The position numbers and the translations under genes are program-made. Shown one piece after another: positions 1 through 19,730 of a stretch of 64,000 bases of DNA (position 1 is its first letter; every line of letters starts with the position of its first letter). This DNA is from the human T2T-CHM13v2.0 reference genome, Homo sapiens: assembly GCF_009914755.1 (NCBI RefSeq), contig NC_060926.1. One strand, given 5' to 3'. The notes below the pieces were generated by a model, which was given only the letters and a program-made list of their open reading frames with translations, did no database searches and was not told the DNA's origin.

Positions 1-30
1 TCAAGTGATTATCCTGCCTCAGCTTCCTGA

Positions 31-520
<490 letters not shown>

Positions 521-1533
521 CTATCTCAAAAAAAAAAAACCAAAAAAGTTATAAGGGCTGTTCATTATGGTAGGCATGAGCCACCTGTGGCTTCAGTGGC
601 TCCTGCAGTTGAAGAACTGAATTTTAAATTTTATTTAATTGAATTACAGTCAGCCTCAGTATCAGGATATGGAACCTGAAGGTACAAAGGGCCAGCTGTA
701 AGGGGCTTGAACATTGTGGATTTTGGTATTTGAAGGGGTCCTAGAACCAGTGTCCTGTGGCTACTGAGGGACAGCTGTATTTTAAATTTAATTGTCAATA
801 GCCACTTTGTCTAGTGGCCTCTAATAAATTAGACAGCATAGCTCTTTGGGATTATTATCGGTTAATTAAGAGTTACTATTTGAGAATAAATCTCTTTGTG
901 GATTCAGTGGAGATAAGGTTTTTGTTCCTTACTGCCAGTACTCACTTTGCACTTGAATAAATAGGTCTGTTTATAGGTATTCTGAAATTCTTCAGGCTAT
1001 TTGTTTTTATGGATAAAAATACATTTTTATTTTGTAATTAATTATTATTATTATTTGTTTTTAAGAGAGGATCCCACTCTGTATCCCAGTCTGGAGTGCA
1101 GTGGTGGATCAGAGCTCATTAGTCACAAACTCCTGGGCTTAAGTGATATGTTTTTCTTTTATGCAAGGATTTATTCACCCTTTTTATGTCCTCTCCACCT
1201 CCAGAATGCTGCTGGGGTACTGTTACCTTAGTCTAACTTGTAGCTTTCTCTCTAGAGAAAGTGACTGCAATGGAAAGTCCTGAACTGGTTACAAACACTA
1301 ATGAGAAAGAGGCTCGTGGGTATTATGTGTCTGGTGGAGACACCTCAACAGTGCTTTGGAGCATGGCGGGTGGAGGTGAGGAATAATCAGTGTCCCCCAT
1401 GGTGTATATATGGTTGTGAACTGTTTTCTGAAGGATGTTATGTGGTATCATGGGTCACAGAGCCAGCACTGCTTCATTTGCGTGCCTTCCTACATGTCCA
1501 TCCTATTTATTTTTTTCTGTTTTGTTTCCTTAG

Positions 1534-1628
1534 GAGTGTGCTGGACTTTGACTTTGAGAAACTGTGTTCTATCTCCCTCTCACACATCAATGCTTATGCC
1601 TGTCTGGTGTGTGGCAAGTACTTTCAAG
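1534..1628 (+). CDS. USP39: USP39 coding exon (exon 3 by known numbering), ZnF-UBP region
   Basis: ttag|GAGTGTG...TTTCAAG|gtaaat, 95 bp; encodes RSVLDFDFEKLCSISLSHINAYACLVCGKYFQG. Exons 1-2 lie outside the window. Confidence 0.97.
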
Positions 1629-3287
1629 GTAAATAAGTTGTTAGAGCTAACTGCAGATCTGCTCCAGAGGGACTTTTTTTTTTTTTTTAAAGAAAGTAAG
1701 CTGTTCTCAGGAATCATATCTAATAATTTCTATTTGTTCCCAGGAAATTGAAATATTCTTAGAAAACCAATAAGAGGTTCTCTGACTGGTCAGAACCTGG
1801 ATATGTCTGTAAGGGAGAAAGAGCTAGTCATATGAAAGACTGTAATCTTAAAGACTCTGGGTTCTCGAATCTCTAATATATGTATTTTTTTAATTTTTAC
1901 TTTTTTAAAATTATTTTGAGACAGTGTTGCCCAGGTTGGCTCACTGCAACCTCCGCCTCCTGGGTTCAAGCAATTGTCCTGCCTCAGCCTCCAGAGTAGC
2001 TGAGATTACAGGCGCCTGCCACCATGCCTGGCTAATTTTTGTATTTTTAGTAGAAACGGGGTTTCACCATGTTGGCCAGGTTGGTCTTGAACTCCTGGCC
2101 GCAGGTGATCCACCTGTCTTGGCCTCCCACAGTGCTGGGATTACAGGCGTGAGCCACCGCGCCCGGCCTAATTTTTTTTTTTTTTAAGAGATGGAGTCTC
2201 ACTCTGTCACCCAGGCTGCAGTGCAGTGACGTGATCTTGGCTCACTGCAGCCTCTTGACTCCCAGGTTCAAGTGATTCTCCTGCCTCAGCCTCCTGAGTA
2301 GCTGGGATTACAGGCATGCACCATCACACCCGGCTAATTTTAGTATTTTTTAGTAGAGAGGGGGTTTCACCATATTGGCCACACTGGTCTTGAACTCCTG
2401 ACTTTAAGTGATCCATACTCCTCAGCCTCCCAAAGTGCTGGGATTACAGGCATGAGCCACCGTGCACGGCCACATTTTTTTAAAAGATGGGATTGTACTC
2501 TGTTGCCCAGGCTAGTCTTGAAATTCCTGAGCTCAAGCAGTGTGCTTGCCTGTACCTCCCAAAGTGCTGGGATTATAGATGTGAGCCATTGCACCCTGCT
2601 GTCTGGCTAATTATTTTATTTTATTTTTTTGTGGAGACAAGGCCTTATTATGTTACCCAGGCTACAATTTTTTTTTTTTTTTTGGAATATTCTTTAGCTC
2701 AAAGGACTTTTTTTATTCCATTTTTTTCTGAAAATTTATCATTTCAACTCATTCACACCAAGCAGATGCCATGTACATAGTATAGTGGAGGATTCAAATG
2801 AGGTAAAAACAGCTGGGCACAGTGGTTTACACACCTAATCCTAGCATTTTGGGAGGCCGAGGAGGAGGATTGTTTAAAGTCAAGAGTTCAAGACCCACCT
2901 GGCTAACATAGCAAGACCCTGTCTCAAAAAAAGAGATAAAAACTGTATTCTTTGCTCTCGTAAGGAGCTTATAAGGAGTCAAGGTTGACATGTAAAACAA
3001 CCAGTGAGTTCTGTTAGATCATAAAGATTACTGCTGGACTGTGGCACGGAGTAAAAATAAGTGCAATAGGAGTTGAATGTGCAAAAATCAATGTTAGCTG
3101 GAGTGTTTATGTTGAGTTCATGGAAGAGCTGAGGTGGGACTTGAATTGGCAGGACATAGAATTTGAATGGTTAAGGGAGAGAGATTCTAGAAAGGAGTAG
3201 CAACATGAAAAAAGTTACATAGATAAAGCATTGTCCTGAATATGGGCATTTGGAAATCCAGGACTGAGTGATGATGGACTGTCATAG

Positions 3288-3440
3288 GATATGTATGTAT
3301 TTATGTTTATGTGTATTTATGCACACATATATGCATAGATATTTCTAGTTTCATGTATATAGGAAACTATGTATGAATATATAGTTATATGTATTATATA
3401 TAGATATATATATAGGTTATATATATTTTACATATATATT
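3288..3440. repeat. AT-rich (TA)n/(TATG)n low-complexity tract in USP39 intron 3
   Basis: atgtatgtatttatg...tatatatagatatatatata. Confidence 0.8.
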
Positions 3441-3694
3441 AAAAAATAGTGAAATTTGTTTCCCTAATCAATGTCTTAGGCCATTTAGAGAATGAAGTAA
3501 CTAATGTGCTAGTCTTTCTTGCTAATTTTTTTATGAGAGAACTTCATGTGGAGGATTCATTTTATGAATGGCATAATATTTGTTTTTTGCGGATATTAAC
3601 ATGTTCCGGTAGAAAATAATGAAAGGAAAAGCAAACCTGATCTGTGTGTTCTAGTATCTGCCCTTCTATTACAGCTTTTCACCCTTCCCTACAG

Positions 3695-3831
3695 GCCGGG
3701 GTTTGAAGTCTCACGCCTACATTCACAGTGTCCAGTTTAGCCACCATGTTTTCCTCAACCTCCACACCCTCAAGTTTTACTGCCTTCCAGACAACTATGA
3801 GATCATCGATTCCTCATTGGAGGATATCACG
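3695..3831 (+). CDS. USP39: USP39 exon 4 (ZnF-UBP)
   Basis: ctacag|GCCGGGGT...ATCACG|gtgtgt, 137 bp; RGLKSHAYIHSVQFSHHVFLNLHTLKFYCLPDNYEIIDSSLEDIT; phase matches the previous exon. Confidence 0.97.
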
Positions 3832-4293
3832 GTGTGTGTCTAAGAGGGTTGGTTTGGGGTCCATTCTTTAATGAGCCATCCCAGGGCTCCCAGGGGACTG
3901 CCCCACCTGAGGACAGGGAAGAATCTCAGTCCCTTTAGGCATCGAGAGGCTGCTTTCTCTTTTGGGAAGAACTGGGGAAACTGAGTAAGGTCAGAATTCA
4001 TAATTGCAGCCTGTAGTCTGTAACTTAACTGTCATTTCTACTTGTAACATTGAGGGCTAGGACTGAAGAAATATGGGTGTATTCTGATGGGGTTTAAAGT
4101 GTTTTTGTGAAATTATTCTTCTACACTGTGAAGTAGGGATATGAATTGGTCCTGGTGTAGGACAGTATTTACCAAGCTGCACACCGGCTCCTGGCTGCTT
4201 TTAACATACGCCGTGGCCAGAGCATCCAGCCACAGATATCTTATCTGTGGGCTCTAGTTTGTGACCTGTGCCAAGAGACACTCATTGTACTGA

Positions 4294-4629
<336 letters not shown>

Positions 4630-4702
4630 TAAGGAAAACGTGGTATTTAGTCTTTGAAATACTGCTTTTTCTACTTGTAAAAGTTGTATAAGCCTATTAT
4701 TA

Positions 4703-5028
<326 letters not shown>

Positions 5029-5587
5029 TTATGGTCAGTATTTATAGAGGGAAAAACTGGGCTAAATTCAGTGTTTCAAAGTGAGTTTGCGATGATCTCT
5101 GTCCAGTCTGTGACATAATGACTGTGGTAACTCTGTGCCTGGGAAGAGTCTGATCCTGCTCTTCCAGTACCAGGGACTCATGGAGATCCTCATTCCCACC
5201 CAGAGTGGAGGAAACTCTCCTGCTCCAAAGCTAGGTCCATGTGCTGCTCCCAGGAGGTTCTATCTGAGACTTAGACTGCCTTTAGGAACTTGAGTATTGT
5301 ATGGTTTCTGGCAGTCAGTTTTCATGAGTTGACCAGACCTGAGGTCGGCGAAAAGACCTGGGATTCAGTGATTTTGGGATAGACACAGAGATCCCCTTGT
5401 AGATTAGCCATGGGAGAGGATCTACTCCGTGTTACTTCAATCTTTACACCTACTGGTTCGGACTATTTTTCTGTGTGTGGTGGGATGTTCATGGCCAAGT
5501 GTTTTTTGTTTTTGTAGAAATTACTGTTACAGACATTTCTTGTGAACTCAGCTCTTAAACAACTTAGCATTTTCTTTTGCTTTGCAG

Positions 5588-5740
5588 TATGTGTTGAAGC
5601 CCACTTTCACAAAGCAGCAAATTGCAAACTTGGACAAGCAAGCCAAATTGTCCCGGGCATATGATGGTACCACTTACCTGCCGGGTATTGTGGGACTGAA
5701 TAACATAAAGGCCAATGATTATGCCAACGCTGTCCTTCAG
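5588..5740 (+). CDS. USP39: USP39 exon 5 (degenerate USP Cys box)
   Basis: ttgcag|TATGTG...CTTCAG|gtaaga, 153 bp; [11 protein letters not shown]...[19 protein letters not shown]. Confidence 0.97.
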
Positions 5741-5924
5741 GTAAGATCAAGACGGGAACATTGAGGAAGAGAAGGACACCCAGAAGGCTGAGCACAGTGG
5801 CTCACCCCTGTAATCCCAGCACTTTGGGAGGCCAAGGCAGGCGGATTGCCTGAGGTCAAGAGTTTGAGCCAGCCTGGCCAACATGGAGAAACCCTGTCTC
5901 TACTAAAAATACAAAAATTAGCTA

Positions 5925-6062
<138 letters not shown>

Positions 6063-6065
6063 TCA

Positions 6066-6409
<344 letters not shown>

Positions 6410-6701
6410 TCAAAAAAAGAAATTACTGCCTTCTTGTAGAGTATAGTCAGATGATCCTCAGACACCAAGTCTTGCTAAGGACTCTACTTGAGTAATTGTT
6501 CTGCAACAGGCAGAGCATTCCTTTGCTCACTGGGCTGCTGTCAAATGGTGAGGCTTTTTCTAGCCTCTGGCTCATGGCATCTGGAACTTCAGGGAATGAG
6601 GGACCGAATCTGTGTTGCCTTGCAGTATCAAGTAAGAAACATGCCAGATGCATTTTTTTAAAAAAATGGTGTAGATATTTGTTGTGCTGGCTGATCAATG
6701 A

Positions 6702-6953
<252 letters not shown>

Positions 6954-7529
6954 TAGTAGAGTTTTAGTAGTTTTAGTTTTAGAGACAGGGTTTCACCATT
7001 TTGGCCAGGCTGGTCTTGAACTCCTGACCTCGTGATCCACCTGCCTCGGCCTCCCAAAGTGTTGGGATTACAGGCATGAGCCACCGTGCCCATCCCTTAT
7101 TTTCAATTAAAAGTTGTTTTTAAGAAAATTTTATGAGTAATAGGTGCATACTGTAGAAATTTTTTTTTTTAGAGGGAGTCTGTCACCCAGGCTGGAATGC
7201 AGTGGCATGATCTTCGTTCACTGCAACCTCTGCTCCCCAGGTTCAAGTGATTCTTCTGCCTTAGCCTCCTGAGTAGCTGGGATTACAGATGCCTGCCACC
7301 ACACCCGGCTAATTTTTGTATTTTTAGTAGAGATGGGGTTTCACCATGTTGGCCAGGCTGGTCTTGAACTCCTGACCTCGTGGTCCACCCGCCTGAGCTT
7401 CTGAAAGTGCTGGGATTACAGGTGTGAGCCACCATGCCCAGCCAATTTTTAAATGTTGGTAAGTATAATAAGAAAACAATAATCCTACTTCACCAAGAAA
7501 ATGATTAAAAAATCATAAACACAGGCTTA

Positions 7530-7694
<165 letters not shown>

Positions 7695-8072
7695 TTAGCT
7701 GGGCACAGTGGTGCATGCATGCCTGTGGTCCTAGCTGTTTGGGAGGCTGAGGTGGGAGGATCCCTTCAGCCCAGGAGTTCGAGGCTGTTGGAGAAGTTTG
7801 AGGACTTTGAAAAGTGCAGGCATTACAGGTGTGAGCCACTGCACCTAGCCTTGGATCACTTCTAAAGTTAATTATTTGTATTTTTTTCTTGAGTTATTGG
7901 GCCTTACAGACTCCTTTCCTATTGGTTCGTCTTACTGAGCTTTAAGAAATATATGATAAAGTTCTTCCCTTTTCTGTTGCATATGTTGCACATGTTTTCT
8001 GCTAGTTCTTATTTGGCCTTTAAATTTTTTAAGTGATATTTTTGCCATGAAGAATTGGACAAAAAACTGTAA

Positions 8073-8374
<302 letters not shown>

Positions 8375-9131
8375 TAGTAGAGACGGGGTTTCATTGTGTT
8401 AGCCAGGATGGTCTCGATCTCCTGACTTCGTGATCTGCTCGCCTCGGCCTCCCAAAGTACTGGGATTACAGGTGTGAGCCACCGCGCCCTGCCGAGTGAA
8501 AACCATTATAGGATGGACAGATAGAATTTGGATTTGGTCAGAGCTGTTAGTCTTGGCTTTCTGATGAATTTTAGATCGCATAGGAAGTTCTCTTTATAAA
8601 AATAAATGGATTAACAAACCCTGTGTGATGATGTTTCCACTAAAATAGGGTTGACTGGACCAGATCATCCATCTGGAGGGTGGATAATTCTTCTCTGAGG
8701 ATGACCAATATTATTTATATTGTTGCTGAGGCCAGAGTGCAACCTTTTCTCCACAAGATAGACAACTGAGAATTAGGATAAACTTTGTCCATCCTCTTGT
8801 TTTGAGAGTAAATCTCTCTTTTTAGTAATTATTCTACAAACAGGAAGTCCTTGTTTCTTTAGCTGAGCTTAGCTTGTCGGGGCTTTCCTAATCCCCTCTG
8901 TGGTTAAAGTGCTCTCTGTGTTCTGAGTTGTCTTCCTTAGAGGTGCCTGGGTTATTACATTTAGCAGAAACCCTTCTAGCTGACTCCCTGAATGGATGAC
9001 CTTGTTTAAGAAAGAAATGTGTTCATGGTAAGCACAGTGCTGGTCGGGAAGGACCTGTGGGGATACTGCATTTTTATTTAGGGTGTCTTTGGTCCTCTTC
9101 CTCCCAGTTTCGTTTTGTTTTGTTTTTTTGA

Positions 9132-9290
<159 letters not shown>

Positions 9291-9296
9291 TAGTAG

Positions 9297-9404
<108 letters not shown>

Positions 9405-9532
9405 TAGACCCCTCCTCCCAGTTTTGTAGCTCAGGCTGATGAGCCTGTGTTTCTTCCTGAAATTAATACGGCTAGTTTTTATCTTTCTGCTTAATGAGAT
9501 ACAATTTGTTTTTATTGTCCTAAACCTTTTGA

Positions 9533-10232
<700 letters not shown>

Positions 10233-10769
10233 CTCCCTATATTTACTTTTATGTACAATTATATGGTTTTAGTATGGGAAAACATCACATTTTAAGATAA
10301 TTTTCATATTATTTTAGTGTGGAGTTGAGAGATGGGAGAACTGTGTTTCCTAGGTAGTTATTTTTGCTTCAACCAAAATGGATGATGAAGGAAAGAGTAT
10401 TTGGATTATAGCCTTCTGCCTTATGAATTTAAGTATTGTCACAGCATAATTAGAGTAACAAAAGGAAATTGTTGAATAAGTTGATAGAGATTTGAATACC
10501 TGTGTTTTGTTTTGTTTTGTTTTAACCTTCTTTGTGGTATCCACATCAGCAAAGTTGTCTGCAGAACTGTAGTTCGTATGAAACTCAACGTTAATGATAT
10601 TTCTGTGATGTGAGCCTGGGTAGGATTCTCCAAGGGTCCATTTACTTTTGGCTCTTTAAGGCCATCACAGGCACATCACAAATTCTATTAGGAGAACTTT
10701 AATTGGAAGAGCTTGGCTCAAGGGGTCCTACAAAGGGGCTTTGGGTTAATCGGAGTGTTTGATTTTTAG

Positions 10770-10995
10770 GCTCTATCTAATGTTCCTCCTCTCCGGAACT
10801 ACTTTCTGGAAGAAGACAATTATAAGAACATCAAACGTCCTCCAGGGGATATCATGTTCTTGTTGGTCCAGCGTTTTGGAGAGCTGATGAGAAAGCTCTG
10901 GAACCCTCGAAATTTCAAGGCACATGTGTCTCCCCATGAGATGCTTCAGGCAGTTGTACTTTGCAGTAAGAAGACTTTTCAGATCACCAAACAAG
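10770..10995 (+). CDS. USP39: USP39 exon 6
   Basis: ttttag|GCTCTA...AAACAAG|gtaaga, 226 bp; ALSNVPPLRNYFLEEDNY...LWNPRNFKAHVSPHEMLQAV...ITKQG. Confidence 0.97.
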
Positions 10996-11043
10996 GTAAG
11001 AACAAGTCATTCATGTTTCAGGACAACAAAACTAGTTTGATGA

Positions 11044-11298
<255 letters not shown>

Positions 11299-11681
11299 TG
11301 ATCCACCCTACTCGGCCTCCCAAAGTGCTGGGGATTACAGGCATGAGCCACTGCGCCCGGCCTTTTTTTTTTTTTTTTTTTTAAGAGACAGTCTTGCTCT
11401 TTTGACCAGGCTGGAGTGCAGTGGCGGGACTTGTAGCTCACTGCAGCCTTGAACTTCTGGACTCAAGGGATCCTCTTGCCTCAGCTTCAAGTAGCTATGA
11501 TTACAGGCATGAGCCACTGTGCCCAGCTGCAGTGAATCTTGAGAGTAGCCAGGAGTGTCCAGTGGATAGTGTGGTTAGGTTCTTCATTCTTCTCTGACCA
11601 ATCTGCCCTGCTAAGAGTCCCAGGAGATTCTAGCTGAATAGAAAGTCGGTCTTATTTGGTAAATTAAACTGTATGGCTTAG

Positions 11682-12158
<477 letters not shown>

Positions 12159-12247
12159 TAAAGCGGACAGTGTAACTTTGTACCTGAATCTCATATGGTA
12201 TCCTCTAGCATCTGTATTAGTTTATTCAGCATTCACTCATGGTGCTA

Positions 12248-12684
<437 letters not shown>

Positions 12685-13176
12685 TAGTAGAGACAGGGTT
12701 TCATCGTGTTAGCCAGGCAGGTCTCGAGCTCCTGACCTTGTGATCTGCTCACCTCAGCCTCCCAAAGTGCTGGGATTACAGGCGTGAGCCACCACGCCCG
12801 GCTCAACTATCTTTTTTAAGAAAAGGTAATTACAGGTGTTAAGTGCTGTGCTATGGGAGGGGAGCATGGAGTAAGGACCCCCTCAGCTGAACATGTGGGA
12901 GGTAGATCAGAGATCAGAGTGGAGGAAGAGACCCTGAGTTTTAGGTAGAGGTGGAGGCAGGTTGGGATGGGGAGTAGGCATTCTAGGTAGAGAGGACATG
13001 GTGGGCAGAAGAGAAAAGTGCCTGGCATAGTCAGAGACTGCAAGTAGCTGGACCCTTGGACTCCTGGGGTCAGTGGAGAGCCAAGGTGTAGATCCTGAGG
13101 GAGGGACCAGATGGCCTGCTTTATAAGCTACCATAAGGAGCTTGGATTATATCCTGAAAAAAGCTGGAGTCATTGA

Positions 13177-13482
<306 letters not shown>

Positions 13483-13749
13483 TGAAGGCTTTTAACAAAG
13501 ATGTGACATCAGACTTATGAATTTGTTTTTAAAACATTATTCCAGCTGGGCATGGTCACTCAAACCTGTAATCCCACCACTTTGGGAGATCAAGGTGGGT
13601 GGATTGCTTGAGCCCAGGAGTTAGAGACCATCCTGCGTGACATAGACCCTATATCTACAAAAAATTTTTAAAAATTACCCAGGCATGGTGGCATGTACCT
13701 GTAGTCCAGCTACTTGAGAGGCTGAGGTTGGAGGATCGCTTGGGCCTAG

Positions 13750-14192
<443 letters not shown>

Positions 14193-14319
14193 GAGTAGTG
14201 GCTTTTAAGAGTCTCTGGTACTTAAGGAGAAATAGGAGGAATCAAGGTGGTAAGGAATGGGGCCCATGGAGCACTTGTTTCAGGGTTAGTAGGAAATAAG
14301 ATACACTTCGGGTTGGTTA

Positions 14320-14700
<381 letters not shown>

Positions 14701-15251
14701 CTAATTCCCAAGAACTAGGTGGCTAGGTTATCTTGTGTTTATAGAGACATTTCTGTTTCTGGACCAACTCCCTGAGCTCCCAGGGTTTTATATTAAGGCT
14801 GCAAGAAAGGAAGAAATTTGTGTTGAGAATGATTTTTTTGTGGACCATGAATGGATGGATGAGTGTCAGCATTCACTGTGTTCCACAGGTGACTTATGGC
14901 CTGAAGGTGGATAGTGGGGCCTGTCAGCTTTTGGCAGCTTGGAAAGTTAGGGCATAATTGGGTTGTAGAGTTGCAGAAAAACCAGGGTACCCTGAGAATC
15001 AACGTGTCTAGTTTCTTCTGTCATAGCCACTATTGGCTAGGATAGTTATGATGTCACATAAACATAATTTCCTCCATCTCTGAGACCTAGTAGGTTATTA
15101 GTTGCCGAGTGTTTAGATGTGTGAAGTGTTTCTTGCTGTGGTAGTTTGTTACATAAGAGCATTCTGTGTACAGGGAATAAAAAGAAAATCATTCTATGGA
15201 GTTGTTAGAGGCCTCTGGGTTTAGGGAAATGAAGTTGAGGAAGATATACTA

Positions 15252-15768
<517 letters not shown>

Positions 15769-16108
15769 TCATGAGCTGCAGAAGGGAAGAAGGAAGTTTG
15801 AGCTCACTCTGGAGAAAAGTGGATGTTAAAAGGTCATATTCATTTGTTTTGGTCATCACTGAGTGATGCGATACAGTCCTGGTATGAATCAGAGAGCCTA
15901 TGGAGAGAGTCAAGATCGGAGGAGTGAGAGCTTGACCTTGAGGAGTGCCAGCATTTAATGATAAGATAGAGGAGGATGCACGGCAGTTGGGATGGGATGG
16001 CATGGCCAGAGAGGAAGGGGGAGAACCAGGAATGCCAACCAGTGCATGGTTTAAGTTAACTCTAATGCCACTTAGCTTCAACGTTTTCCACCCTTCCTTT
16101 TTTTCCAG

Positions 16109-16186
16109 GAGATGGCGTTGACTTTCTGTCTTGGTTTCTGAATGCTCTGCACTCAGCTCTGGGGGGCACAAAGAAGAAAAAGAAGA
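16109..16186 (+). CDS. USP39: USP39 exon 7
   Basis: ttccag|GAGATGGC...AAGAAGA|gtaagt, 78 bp; DGVDFLSWFLNALHSALGGTKKKKK. Confidence 0.96.
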
Positions 16187-17424
16187 GTAAGTCATTTACT
16201 TATAAAAAGGAGTTATTTTGTTCCCTTTTAAAAAACTTTGCGGTCGGTCGCAATGGCTCATGCCTATAATCCCAGCTCTTTGAGAGGCCGAGGTGGGTGG
16301 ATTACCTGAGGTCAGGAGTTTGAGACCGGCCTGGCCAACATGGCGAAACCCCATCTCTACCAAAAATACAAAAGTTATTCAGGTGTGGTGGGATGTGCCT
16401 GTAGTCCCAGCGACTTGGGAGGCTGAGGCAACTTCCCATTCTTTTGTTAACTGTTTATCTGGGGTAGGCTAGTATCTATGTTATAGATAAACTACATGTT
16501 CTTTCTGAATAGGCCCCTCTCCATAGTTTTTGCTAGAATATGGTTATAGTCCCAATGATATTTTATTATATATATATTTTGAGACAGAGTCTTGCTCTGT
16601 CACCTAGGCTATGCAGTGGCACGGTCTCAGCTCACTGTAGCCTCCATCTCCCAGGTTCAAGCAGTTCTTCTCCCTCAGTCTCCCAAGGGTAGCTGGGATT
16701 ACAGGCACCCACTACCACGCCCAGCTGATTTTTGTATTTTTAGTAGAGATGGGATTTCTCCATGTTGGCCAGGCTGGTCTCAAACTCCTGACCTCAGGTG
16801 ATCTGCCCAAAGTGCTAGGATTATAGATGTGATGGTGTCTTGATGTGGGATTGTGGCCTGTTGCTTTTCCCACTGGATGGCCCTGCCCTCTCTACCAGGT
16901 GTCTTCAGCCTGTGTTAACCCTCTGAGCTCTCTAACTTGCGTCTTGGCAGGGTTCTAGAACTTGGTTGTGCTTTCTCTCTTGTTGCTTTGATCCTGTTCT
17001 GGCCCATCTCTTAGTCTGTCATTGTCCTCTTGTCTTCATTACAGTTTGGACATTGTCTCCCTTTGAAAGTAGCTTATGGTTATGGGAAGTTCCTTGGCTG
17101 TACCTTGTTTTGCTTGTGAATTTTTTTGTAATTCATGTATCACCATTCCTTCATTTTGAACACATTTACCTTTTCTTTTATGGACCAGGCCCTGTGATGG
17201 AGGATAAAAAGTTGTCTTAAGAGAAATAAAGTAATTATTTACACAAATAATTATAAAGGTACCCTGGTGGTATATAGTACAAAAGGAAACTTCTGTGTTT
17301 AGTGAGAGCTCTGTGTCTTTTGCTGGAAGATGCTGGTTTATTTCAGAAATTTAGAAGCTGGAAATATACTTCAGACATGTTTTCCATCCTCACGGAATTT
17401 GTCTCTTGCTTCCTGTTTGTGCAG

Positions 17425-17492
17425 CTATTGTGACTGATGTTTTCCAGGGGTCCATGAGGATCTTCACTAAAAAGCTTCCCCATCCTGATCTG
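17425..17492 (+). CDS. USP39: USP39 exon 8
   Basis: gtgcag|CTATTGTG...GATCTG|gtgagt, 68 bp; TIVTDVFQGSMRIFTKKLPHPDL. Confidence 0.96.
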
Positions 17493-17710
17493 GTGAGTTA
17501 ATTGAGCCTGGGTCTTGGACTGATTCATATTGCTTGAGGGGACGTAGGGGAGATGAAGAGATGCTCAGAGAACTGACAAGCCTGCTTGCCCTGTGAAGAG
17601 GTTCAACAAAGCACCTGCCTAGTGGCAGCTCTGCCTGGTCCCTGTCATACTAGTGCACTTTTTCAGTTTGGGAGTTAGTGGTTGGATGTACTGTGCTGGT
17701 TTAAGTGTTC

Positions 17711-17729
17711 TGGCCACTAGGTGGTGCTG
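17711..17729 (+). promoter_or_regulatory. Candidate CTCF site in USP39 intron 8
   Basis: TGGCCACTAGGTGGTGCTG versus consensus TGGCCACCAGGGGGCGCTA. Motif match only. Confidence 0.5.
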
Positions 17730-18080
17730 CTGTGTTTTTTCAGAAAGCTCAGCTAAGCTTTCTTTTTGTTTTTCTTAGTCTCCCTCTGTCGCCAAGGCTG
17801 GAGTTGCAGTGGCGCCATCTCAGCTCACTGCAACCTCTACCTCCTGGGTTCAAGCGATTCTCCTGCCTTAGCCTCCTGAGTGGCTGTGATTACAGGCGCT
17901 TGCCACCACGCCCAGCTAATTTTGTATTTTTAGTTGTGACGGGGCTTCACCATGTTGGTCCAGGCTGGTCTCGAACTCCTGACCTCAGGTGATCTACCTG
18001 CCTCGGCCTCCCAAAGTGCTGGGATTACAGGCGTGAGTCACCGTGCCTGGCCCTCAGCTAAGCTTCCTAGATGGTCTTAG

Positions 18081-18390
<310 letters not shown>

Positions 18391-18596
18391 TAATGGATTT
18401 TTTTTCCTTTTTGAGACAAGATCTCTGTCACTCAGGCTGAGTGTGGTGGCGTGATTATGGTTCACTGCAACCTCAACCTCCCTTGCTGAAGTGATCCTCC
18501 CACCTCAACCTCCCCAGAAACTGGGACCATAGATACACACCACCACACCGGGCTAATTTTTATTTTTATTTTTGTTTAATTTAATTAATTAATTAA

Positions 18597-18829
<233 letters not shown>

Positions 18830-19258
18830 TGATCTACCTGCCTCGGCCTCCCAAAGTGCTGGGATTACAGGTGTGAGCCATCATGCCCGGCCAATTTTTT
18901 TTTTTTTTTGTAGAGATGGAGTCTCACTGTGTTGCCCAGGCTGGTCTGGAAGTCCTGGACTCAAGCAGTCCTCTCACCTTTGTTCCCAAAGTGTTGAGAT
19001 TACAGCCGTGAGCCATCACACTTGGCCTCAGGGCTTTTTAGATAGTCTGGTATATAAGCAAAATATCTTTAAAGAAGGAAACCTGTTGGTTCTTAAGTTA
19101 ATCTAACCAGGTGGTGCATGCCAAACTGCCCAATCTCTCGGGCACTTCTCTTTGTTCTTTCAGATGAAGGAAATGTCGGCGTGGTAAAACATCGGTTCTG
19201 TGTTGGTTCCTATACCCGTCACACTCCTTTCCTCTCTTTTCTTCTCATTCATTTCTAG

Positions 19259-19447
19259 CCAGCAGAAGAAAAAGAGCAGTTGCTCCATAATGACGAGTAC
19301 CAGGAGACAATGGTGGAGTCCACTTTTATGTACCTGACGCTGGACCTTCCTACTGCCCCCCTCTACAAGGACGAGAAGGAGCAGCTCATCATTCCCCAAG
19401 TGCCACTCTTCAACATCCTGGCTAAGTTCAATGGCATCACTGAGAAG
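19259..19447 (+). CDS. USP39: USP39 exon 9
   Basis: ttctag|CCAGCAGAA...GAGAAG|gtagcc, 189 bp; PAEEKEQLLHNDEYQETMVESTFMYLTLDLPTAPLYKDEKEQLIIPQVPLFNILAKFNGITEK. Confidence 0.97.
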
Positions 19448-19451
19448 GTAG

Positions 19452-19730
<279 letters not shown>

